Shown here piece after piece: positions 9,527 to 19,604 of a stretch of DNA of 32,000 bases. Each line of letters begins with the position of its first letter. The stretch's first letter is position 1. Source of the stretch: Nanopusillaceae archaeon (GTDB taxonomy: Archaea; Nanobdellota; Nanobdellia; Nanobdellales; Nanobdellaceae); assembly GCA_049974095.1 (NCBI GenBank), contig JBMFJD010000001.1, positions 30,001 through 62,000 on the forward strand, read 5' to 3'. The position numbers and the translations under genes were made by a program. The notes under the pieces were generated by a model. It was given only the letters and a program-made list of their open reading frames with translations, was not told the DNA's origin and did not search any database.

Positions 9527-11020
9527 ATGATAAATATTAGATTTGTAAATGAAATAAAATTAAATGTTCCTAAGAATAAATTTGAGATAGATATAACTTA
9601 TCCAATAATAGAACCATTTGCCTATGCTCATATATATTTTAATAAACAATCCTATGATCTTGTATATGAAATACTAGAACCAAAACTTTCAGAAAATGAA
9701 AAAAAGATACATGAAAATATTATATACTATATTGAAAGACTTTTATATGTAAAATTATCTGAAATAAATAATATAAATGATTTATTAAGTTATTTACAAA
9801 GATTATATGATTTTGTATTAAAAGAATTAGGAATAAAATTAGGAGAAGAATCTTATCAGAAGATTTTCTATTATATTTTTAGAGACCTATATGGATATGG
9901 AAAAATAGAACCTTTAATGAGAGACCCTTTAATTGAAGATATAGAATGCTCAGGAGAAGATTTACCAATTTTTATAGTCCATAGATATTTCGGAAATTTA
10001 AAAACAAACATTATATTAAGTGAAAAAGAAATAAGAGATATTATTGAAAAATTTGCTTTAAGATCTGGAAAACATATTTCATATGCGGAACCATTATTGG
10101 ATGCTACATTACCAGATGGGTCTAGAATTAATGCAACATATTCTCAAGAAATTACAACAAGAGGTCCTACTTTTACAATAAGAAAATTTAGAGAAGTTCC
10201 TTGGACTCCTATTGAATTAATAAGATTAGGAAGTGCTACTCCAGAAATATTTGCATATTTATGGCTGGCTGTTGAATATAGGAAAAATATTATAGTAATT
10301 GGAGGGACAGCATCTGGAAAAACAACAATGTTAAATGCAATTTCAATGTTTATTCCACCAGAAGCTAGAATAATTTCTATAGAAGATACTAGAGAAATAA
10401 GATTATACCATCAAAACTGGATTCCTTCTGTAGTAAAATATGCATCAGATAAAAATAGAGAAATAGACATGTATGAACTGTTAAGGATGTCTTTTAGACA
10501 AAGACCAGACTATGTAATTGTTGGAGAAGTTAGAGGACAGGAAGCATATGTAATGTTCCAAGGCATGGCATCTGGACATGCTGCTTTATCTACAATACAT
10601 GCAGAAAATACAAAATCTTTAATTGATAGATTAATTACTCAACCAATTAATTTGTCTCCCTCCCTATTAGAATTATTAAATGTTGTTGTTATAATGCAAC
10701 ATGATAATTTCTTAGGAACAAATTTAAGGAGAATAAAAGAAATAGACGAAATTATAACATATAATAAAATAAATAAAACTTTTTTATGGAATCCTTTTAG
10801 AAGAGAATATCTAGAGAATAGAAAAAAATATTTATTTAGATTAATTGAAAAAGAATATGGAATAAGTTATAAAAAATTAAATGAAGAATATATTACTAGA
10901 GTAAAATTATTGAGAAGATTATCTGAATTAAATATATCGGATTTTCAAACATTTTCAAAAATAATTCAAACATATTATTATAACAGAGATTTTGTATTAA
11001 ATTATTATAATGTAATCTAA
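9527..11020 (+). CDS. Type II/IV secretion-family ATPase (FlaI / PilB / VirB11-like)
   Basis: Walker A IGGTASGKTTMLNA, Asp box SIEDTREI, Walker B PDYVIVGEVRGQEA, His box LSTIHA. It is divergent from the platform genes across a 42-bp spacer. Confidence 0.85.
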   Translation: MINIRFVNEIKLNVPKNKFEIDITYPIIEPFAYAHIYFNKQSYDLVYEILEPKLSENEKKIHENIIYYIERLLYVKLSEINNINDLLSYLQRLYDFVLKELGIKLGEESYQKIFYYIFRDLYGYGKIEPLMRDPLIEDIECSGEDLPIFIVHRYFGNLKTNIILSEKEIRDIIEKFALRSGKHISYAEPLLDATLPDGSRINATYSQEITTRGPTFTIRKFREVPWTPIELIRLGSATPEIFAYLWLAVEYRKNIIVIGGTASGKTTMLNAISMFIPPEARIISIEDTREIRLYHQNWIPSVVKYASDKNREIDMYELLRMSFRQRPDYVIVGEVRGQEAYVMFQGMASGHAALSTIHAENTKSLIDRLITQPINLSPSLLELLNVVVIMQHDNFLGTNLRRIKEIDEIITYNKINKTFLWNPFRREYLENRKKYLFRLIEKEYGISYKKLNEEYITRVKLLRRLSELNISDFQTFSKIIQTYYYNRDFVLNYYNVI

Positions 11021-11044
11021 TTTAAGAAAAATTAATTGGGTCTA

Positions 11045-13989
<2,945 letters not shown>

Positions 13990-14070
13990 TTTCATCCCCT
14001 CATCTTAATCATCAGGTTCCCTTCCTTACTTCCTAGGTAAGGAAGTTCATTATATACATAATACCATATA

Positions 14071-14083
14071 TAATATTTAAAAA
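14071..14083. promoter_or_regulatory. AT-rich TATA-like element positioned for both the 23S leader (-) and proS (+)
   Basis: TAATATTTAAAAA: TTTAAAAA is centred about 28 nt upstream of the proS ATG (14108). Its complement TTTTTAAATA faces the 23S leader. This rests on spacing only. Confidence 0.3.
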
Positions 14084-14107
14084 GATATCTTTTCGTCTTT
14101 TAGAATT

Positions 14108-15790
14108 ATGAACAAAAACTCTACAAAAAAAGATGAAAATTTCTCCGAATGGTATAATGAAATAGTTAGAAAAACAAATATAATTGATGATAGATATCCT
14201 GTAAAAGGAATGCCTGTATATTTCTCTTACGGATATATAATGATAAGAAATATTTTTAAAAAATTAGAAGAAGAATTGGATAAAAATGAATTTGGACCAT
14301 ATTGGTTTCCAATATTAATACCCTATGATATATTTAAAAAAGAAAGTGAACATATTAAAGGATTTGAAAAAGAGGTATTTTATGTTACCCCAGCAAAGCC
14401 AATTGAAGAAGAAAAAGAAATAAAATATGTTCTAAGACCTACCTCAGAAACAGAAATGTATTATATGTTTTCTTTATGGATTAAATCATATAGAGATCTT
14501 CCTTTATTAACATATATGACTAATACAATGTATAGATATGAAACAAAGGCTACAAAACCATTAATAAGAGGAAGAGAGGTACTATGGAATGAAGCACATA
14601 CTGTACATAAAGATTTAGATGATGCTGAAAGGATGATAAGGAAATCTATGGAGATATATTCAGAAATATTCTGGGATAATCTAAGTATACCACACATGTG
14701 GGTAAAAAGACCAGATTGGGATAAATTTGCTGGAGCAGATTATACCTTAGCTGCAGAAACAATAATGCCTGATGGAAGATTTTTACAAATTGGTACTACA
14801 CATTTATTAGGAAGAAACTTCTCAAAAGCATTTAATATTATATTTGAAGATGATCATCCTTTTGCAAAAATAGATAAAAATAAATTTGAAGCTTTTGATG
14901 AAAGCGGAAATAAATATGAAATTGAAATAAATAACAATAAAGTAACAATAAAATATTATGAGAAAGAAGAAATAAAACATGTATATGAATCTGAAATAAA
15001 TTTCAATGGAGAAATCAGTGAAGATAACAAAGAATTAATAAATATACTATATAATAAAATAAAAGAATTTTTTGGAGATGTAAAATTAAAAAAAGAAAAA
15101 TTTGTATGGCAAACATCTTTTGGATTATCAATGAGAACATTAGCTGCAATAATTGGAATACATGGAGATGATAAAGGATTAATATTACCATTTGATCTAG
15201 CACCAATTCAAGTAATTATAATACCAATATATTATTCTGAAGAAGAAAAAAACAAAGTATTAGAATATTGTGAAAAAATATATAATAAATTAAAAAATTA
15301 TTATAGAGTAAAAATTGATAAAGATGAAACAAAGAGTCCTGGATGGAAATTTAATCAATATGAAATGTTAGGAGTACCATTGAGGATATCTATAGGTAAA
15401 AAAGAAATTGAAGAAAATTATGTAACAATATCTGTAAGAAAATATAATGAAAAATCACAAAATTATTATATTGAGCTTGAAAAAATAGATGAAGAAATCA
15501 AAAAAATAACTGAACGCTATGAAAAAGAATTAAAGGAAAGAGCAAAAAAATATTTTGAAAATAAAATAATTAAAACAGAAAATATAAAAGATATTGAAGA
15601 TAATTTAGAAAAAGGTTTTGTATTTAAAGTACCATTTTGTATGAGTGAAGATTGTGCTGAAGAAGCAAAGAAAAAATATAATATTGATATAAGAGGTACT
15701 GATATAGAACCAGAAAATGCAAATAATAAAAAATGTATATTTTGTGGAAGAGAAGCAAAATATTTTGTATATGCGGGAAGATCATACTAG
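14108..15790 (+). CDS. proS: Prolyl-tRNA synthetase, archaeal/eukaryotic type, with an insertion of about 80 aa
   Basis: FSEWYNEI...YPVKGM, LRPTSET, RGREVLWNEAHT, FLQIGTTHLLGRNFSKAF, QTSFGLSMR, HGDDKGLILP, and a Cys-rich C-terminal domain ending ...YAGRSY. Confidence 0.9.
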   Translation: MNKNSTKKDENFSEWYNEIVRKTNIIDDRYPVKGMPVYFSYGYIMIRNIFKKLEEELDKNEFGPYWFPILIPYDIFKKESEHIKGFEKEVFYVTPAKPIEEEKEIKYVLRPTSETEMYYMFSLWIKSYRDLPLLTYMTNTMYRYETKATKPLIRGREVLWNEAHTVHKDLDDAERMIRKSMEIYSEIFWDNLSIPHMWVKRPDWDKFAGADYTLAAETIMPDGRFLQIGTTHLLGRNFSKAFNIIFEDDHPFAKIDKNKFEAFDESGNKYEIEINNNKVTIKYYEKEEIKHVYESEINFNGEISEDNKELINILYNKIKEFFGDVKLKKEKFVWQTSFGLSMRTLAAIIGIHGDDKGLILPFDLAPIQVIIIPIYYSEEEKNKVLEYCEKIYNKLKNYYRVKIDKDETKSPGWKFNQYEMLGVPLRISIGKKEIEENYVTISVRKYNEKSQNYYIELEKIDEEIKKITERYEKELKERAKKYFENKIIKTENIKDIEDNLEKGFVFKVPFCMSEDCAEEAKKKYNIDIRGTDIEPENANNKKCIFCGREAKYFVYAGRSY

Positions 15791-16022
15791 GTGGCCGTAG
15801 GCCGCTTTTAGTATATATCTTTCTCAGCGGTATACCTTGTACCGCCAGGACGCAATTCTCAAGGTACATACCATCTCTCCAGGTTTATCTGGAGTTACCT
15901 CCAGATATTTACCTTTCATCTTCATCAATGATATGTCCTATATTTCTTTTTGCGTTGCCAGGAATTTCTCCCTCCGGGTCTCCCCGGTGGCTTAACGGTA
16001 AGCGGACCTTCCTACGGCCACC
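15790..16022 (-). ncRNA. Structured 233-nt ncRNA; best guess is a reduced RNase P RNA (identity uncertain)
   Basis: A GC-rich island in AT-rich DNA with 12-nt perfectly complementary termini. There are two GNRA-capped perfect hairpins when read on the minus strand, CR-I/CR-IV/CR-V-like blocks, and a TATA-like box 22-29 nt upstream on the minus strand (16044-16051). Confidence applies to it being an RNA gene; for the RNase P identity it is ~0.45. Confidence 0.75.
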
Positions 16023-16054
16023 TTTTTTATTTTTATCTTTTAAATATATAAGTT

Positions 16055-16216
16055 ATGTCTGATCAACAAGCACCATTATTTACATATTTGGGATTATATA
16101 AATTTGGAAAGGAAAAATCAAAAATTAAATTAAATAAGAGAAATTTAATACTATTTGTTATTATTTTTGCGGCAATAATATATCTAATTAATCTATTATC
16201 ATCATGTCTATTCTAA
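16055..16216 (+). CDS. Small (53 aa) single-pass membrane protein, putative
   Basis: My translation is MSDQQAPLFTYLGLYKFGKEKSKIKLNKRNLILFVIIFAAIIYLINLLSSCLF*. It overlaps the next ORF start by 13 nt and is below the ORF-track cutoff. Confidence 0.35.
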   Translation: MSDQQAPLFTYLGLYKFGKEKSKIKLNKRNLILFVIIFAAIIYLINLLSSCLF

Positions 16217-16653
16217 CTCAAGATCTAGAATATAATAGAAGACTAAAGGAAGTATTACATATATATAATGTATCTTTAAAAAATAATAAGGGAGCAGAAA
16301 CAATAAGAAATTTCGTTAAATCTGTTGTTGAATATTTTGATTATGTAATAGAAATATATTTAAAGGAAAAGAAAAATAAAGGAGAGATTGAAGAAATACC
16401 AGATACACCATTAAAAAAATATAAAAAATTTTTAGAATTAATAAATAATAAAGAAATTGAAGAACTAACAAAATATTATAGGAATCTTAGACTTTGTTTA
16501 AATAATGAAATAATTATAACAAATGAGTTTAGAAGATCAATGATAATAAAGTGTAAAGGAATGAATTTTGAATTTTCAATGGATATTAAAATACTAAAAG
16601 AAATAGCCGAAAATGTTAAGAAATTTTCTGAAATTATTACAAAATATATATAA
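16204..16653 (+). CDS. Hypothetical helical protein, coupled to the MinD/ParA gene (TAATG overlap)
   Basis: 149-aa ORF whose stop overlaps the ATG of the next gene by 1 nt. I recognise no motif. Confidence 0.55.
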   Translation: MSILTQDLEYNRRLKEVLHIYNVSLKNNKGAETIRNFVKSVVEYFDYVIEIYLKEKKNKGEIEEIPDTPLKKYKKFLELINNKEIEELTKYYRNLRLCLNNEIIITNEFRRSMIIKCKGMNFEFSMDIKILKEIAENVKKFSEIITKYI

Positions 16654-17411
16654 TGGCTAGAGTTATAACAATATCTTCTGGAAAAGGCGGGGTTGGAAAA
16701 ACTTTTTTTTCAATCAATTTATCAAGAGCATTATCTCTTCTAGATCTTAAAACACTATTAATAGATTACAATTTAACTACACCAAATGTTTCAATTAATC
16801 TTGGATTAGGACAAGAAAAGAATAATATACACAAATATTTGAGAGGAGAAGTAAGTATTAGAAAATGTATAAAAAAATATAAAGAAAATTTTCATATAAT
16901 ACCTGGAAGCTTGAATATTGAAGATTTAATAGATATTTCTGCAGAGAGACTAAATGAAGGAGTTCTAAAATTATATAATGATTTTGATTATATAATAATA
17001 GATTCTGCTGCTGGAATTGGGAAAGAAGCGTTAGAATCATTAAAATCTGCTGAAGAAGTATTAATTATAACAAATGTAGAAAAATCATCATTATTGGACG
17101 CTTATAGATTAATAAAAGTATTAGGAAAATTAGATATAAAAGTTTTTGGGGTTGTAATAAATAAAGTAAAAAAGAAAAATATTGATTACATAAAAATTGA
17201 AAGATTTTTGGGAAAAGAAATTGTTGGAATTATCCATTATGATGAAAACGTACAAAAATCTATGGATTATGGGATTCCTTTATTAGATTATGATATTAAC
17301 TCAATAGCCTCAAAAGATATTTTAGAAATTGCTAAAGAAATAAGTGGAAAAGAAATAAAAGAAAAAGAAAGTAAATTAAATAAAATATTAAGCATATTTA
17401 AATGGAGATAG
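16653..17411 (+). CDS. MinD/ParA-family P-loop ATPase
   Basis: Deviant Walker A SSGKGGVGKT, Walker B-like YIIIDSAAG, and about 250 aa in size. Confidence 0.85.
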   Translation: MARVITISSGKGGVGKTFFSINLSRALSLLDLKTLLIDYNLTTPNVSINLGLGQEKNNIHKYLRGEVSIRKCIKKYKENFHIIPGSLNIEDLIDISAERLNEGVLKLYNDFDYIIIDSAAGIGKEALESLKSAEEVLIITNVEKSSLLDAYRLIKVLGKLDIKVFGVVINKVKKKNIDYIKIERFLGKEIVGIIHYDENVQKSMDYGIPLLDYDINSIASKDILEIAKEISGKEIKEKESKLNKILSIFKWR

Positions 17412-17671
17412 ATTTTGAATTAGAAAAAATATATGAAATATTAGATAGAAAAAGATATAAGAAAATATTATTACAATTTCCAGATGGATTAAAACCATAT
17501 TCTAAAGAAATATATGATAAATTAAGAGAAAAATATAAAGATTTGGAAATATATATTTGGTTTGGAACAGATTTCGGTGGTTGTGATATACCAATTTATT
17601 TAGATAAATATGGATTCGATTTAATAATTCATTTTGGACATGATAAATTTTATAAATTAGAAATAAAATGA
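17402..17671 (+). CDS. Diphthamide synthase Dph2, N-terminal domain fragment only (89 aa)
   Basis: YKKILLQFPDGLKPYSKEIYDKL...FGGCDIP...GFDLIIHFGHDKF matches the first ~90 residues of archaeal Dph2 (..vLiQsPEGL...YGACD...cDalIHlGHs), which I recall as ~340 aa. The ORF stops right after that. Confidence 0.7.
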   Translation: MEIDFELEKIYEILDRKRYKKILLQFPDGLKPYSKEIYDKLREKYKDLEIYIWFGTDFGGCDIPIYLDKYGFDLIIHFGHDKFYKLEIK

Positions 17672-17889
17672 ACAATATTTTATTATTTTTAGGCATAACT
17701 TTTATTATAATAGGATTTTCTCTTTTGATCCTTTATGGAATATTAAGTTCTGAAAATATAAAATATTCTGGAATAATACTAATAGGCCCATTCCCAATAA
17801 TAATAGCAAATTCTCTAGATCTTTTAATAATTTCTATTATAATTTTATTTATTATTATTATTATCCTCTTCTATAAAATAATCATATAA
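17668..17889 (+). CDS. Small two-TM membrane protein (DUF131-like)
   Basis: 73 aa, with GIILIGPFPIII between two hydrophobic helices. ATGA overlap with the Dph2 fragment. Its 3' end overlaps the convergent HAD gene by 45 nt. Confidence 0.55.
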   Translation: MNNILLFLGITFIIIGFSLLILYGILSSENIKYSGIILIGPFPIIIANSLDLLIISIIILFIIIIILFYKIII

Positions 17890-18519
17890 TTCCTTCAGAT
17901 TCTTAAATACCATTGTAGCTCCTGCAGAAATTAATTCTCTTTTCTTATTAACCCCACTAGCAATCCCTATAACATTTATTCCTGCTCTTTTAGCAGCAAT
18001 TATTCCATAAATAGAATCTTCTATTGCTAATACTTCAAAAGGTAATAAATTCATCATTTTAACTGCTTTTATATAACATTCTGGTTCTGGTTTTTGTTCT
18101 TTTACATCATCTCCAGTAATAATCACATCAAATAAATTTAATATTCCCAAATGCTTTAATAATTCATATACAAGTCTTTTTGTATTTGAAGTAACAATAC
18201 TTAGCTTATATTTCTTTTCTCTAAAATAATTTAATATTTGCTTTGCTCCAACATTAAACTTTATTTTATCTAAATATTCTTCTATAATTATATCTTCTGC
18301 TTCCCTTAATATATCCTCAGAACCTATATTTAAATTGTGTTTTTTAATTATTGCTTCTACTAATTCCCTTGGAGGAGCTCCAAAGCTATCAAGAGTACCA
18401 TCTACCTTAATATTGTATTTTTCAAATATTTTTTGATGAGCCTCATCGTATATTTTTAGACTATTAACTAATGTTCCATCGAGATCCATTATTACTCCTT
18501 TCAAGTTATACAATATCAT
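17845..18519 (-). CDS. HAD-superfamily phosphatase (beta-phosphoglucomutase / phosphoglycolate phosphatase-like)
   Basis: Motif I VIMDLDGTLVNS, motif II SIVTSN, and motifs III/IV K...AIEDSIYGIIAAKRAG. Confidence 0.8.
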   Translation of the reverse strand: MILYNLKGVIMDLDGTLVNSLKIYDEAHQKIFEKYNIKVDGTLDSFGAPPRELVEAIIKKHNLNIGSEDILREAEDIIIEEYLDKIKFNVGAKQILNYFREKKYKLSIVTSNTKRLVYELLKHLGILNLFDVIITGDDVKEQKPEPECYIKAVKMMNLLPFEVLAIEDSIYGIIAAKRAGINVIGIASGVNKKRELISAGATMVFKNLKELYDYFIEEDNNNNK

Positions 18520-18563
18520 AACTATATAATATTTAAAGAAAAACTATAAAACATATAAAAGGG

Positions 18564-19604
18564 ATGGAAAGCGTAAGGGAAAATATAAGGAGGATACTGA
18601 TTGAGGAATATTTAAGAAAGAATAAAGATCCATTTGAAAGTATAGTTGGACAGGAGGATACTAAAAGACAAATTATTGCTTCTTTGATTTCTGGAAGAAA
18701 TATATTAATTATCGGACCACCTGGAACTGGAAAAACTACTATTGCAAAAAATATAGCATCTTTATTACCTACCATAGATTTTCCAGAAGAGATTCCATTG
18801 TGGGCATATCCAGAATTTCCTTTTGTTTCTGATGAATATAGAAAAAAGTGGGAAACTGGTCCTTTTATAAAATTAGAAGGAGAAAAAAGATTTATTAGAA
18901 TACAAGGATCTTATGATTTATCTATAGAAGATCTAATTGGAGATATAGATCCTTCAAAAGCATTAAAATATGGTATACATTCTTTAGAATCATTTATACC
19001 TGGAAAAATATTTAGAGCCCAACATGGAGTATTATTCTTTGATGAATTAAATAGAGCTCCTCCAAAAGTACAGAATACATTATTAGAATTATTAGAAGAA
19101 AAGAAAATAACAATTGGATCATATGAATTTCAAATACCTTTAGATATAATTTTTGTTGCCACAATGAATCCAGAAAGTTATTATGGAACAGAAAAATTAT
19201 CCGATGTATTATTAGATAGATTTGATGCAATTTATTTGAATTATCCAAAAGATATTGAAGAAGAAAAGAAAATAATATTTAAATATGGAAAAAACCTTAA
19301 TATAAATTTCCCAGAAAAATTAATTGATTTGTTCTTGGAATATATACAAGAATTAAGGAAAGATGATAGATTGGAAAAGAAACCCTCTGTTAGATCTAGT
19401 ATTGGAATATATGAAAAAGCACAAGCATTAGCAATAATTGATAAAAAAGAAAATGTTGAATTACAGCATATATTTGAAGCATTACTATCAATTTTACCAA
19501 ATAGAATAAGATTAAAGCCATCATATAGAATGGAAATGAAAGAGGAAGATTTTATTAAAAATACATGGAATTCTTTTATAATAGGAAAAGGCTTTCGGAG
19601 TTGA
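18564..19604 (+). CDS. AAA+ ATPase, ChlI / MoxR-like
   Basis: FESIVGQEDTKRQII...NILIIGPPGTGKTTIAKNIASLLP (Walker A), GVLFFDELNRAPPKVQNTLLELLEE (Walker B / sensor region), FVATMNPE, LLDRFD. Confidence 0.85.
   Translation: MESVRENIRRILIEEYLRKNKDPFESIVGQEDTKRQIIASLISGRNILIIGPPGTGKTTIAKNIASLLPTIDFPEEIPLWAYPEFPFVSDEYRKKWETGPFIKLEGEKRFIRIQGSYDLSIEDLIGDIDPSKALKYGIHSLESFIPGKIFRAQHGVLFFDELNRAPPKVQNTLLELLEEKKITIGSYEFQIPLDIIFVATMNPESYYGTEKLSDVLLDRFDAIYLNYPKDIEEEKKIIFKYGKNLNINFPEKLIDLFLEYIQELRKDDRLEKKPSVRSSIGIYEKAQALAIIDKKENVELQHIFEALLSILPNRIRLKPSYRMEMKEEDFIKNTWNSFIIGKGFRS

Noticed and set aside
14852-15100. Intein in ProRS
   Set aside because: The insert is only ~80 aa. It lacks an N-terminal Cys/Ser and a C-terminal His-Asn followed by Cys/Ser/Thr, and it has no endonuclease or Hint-block motifs.
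15790-16022. SRP (7S) RNA as the identity of the 233-nt ncRNA
   Set aside because: I considered it because the ends pair and CCUUGUACCGCCAGG (plus strand) vaguely recalls the Alu-domain UGUAAU motif. However, the GNRA loops exist only on the minus strand. The candidate helices are perfectly paired rather than carrying the helix-8 symmetric/asymmetric loops (AGCA/GGA-type). The RNA is also short and AT-rich in the middle for an archaeal SRP RNA. It is not excluded, and a covariance-model search would settle it.
15624-16062. ORFs 15624..15869 (-) and 15733..16062 (+)
   Set aside because: They overlap the proS 3' end and the GC-rich structured RNA. The plus-strand ORF is an artefact of the stop-poor RNA island, and neither has protein-like motifs.
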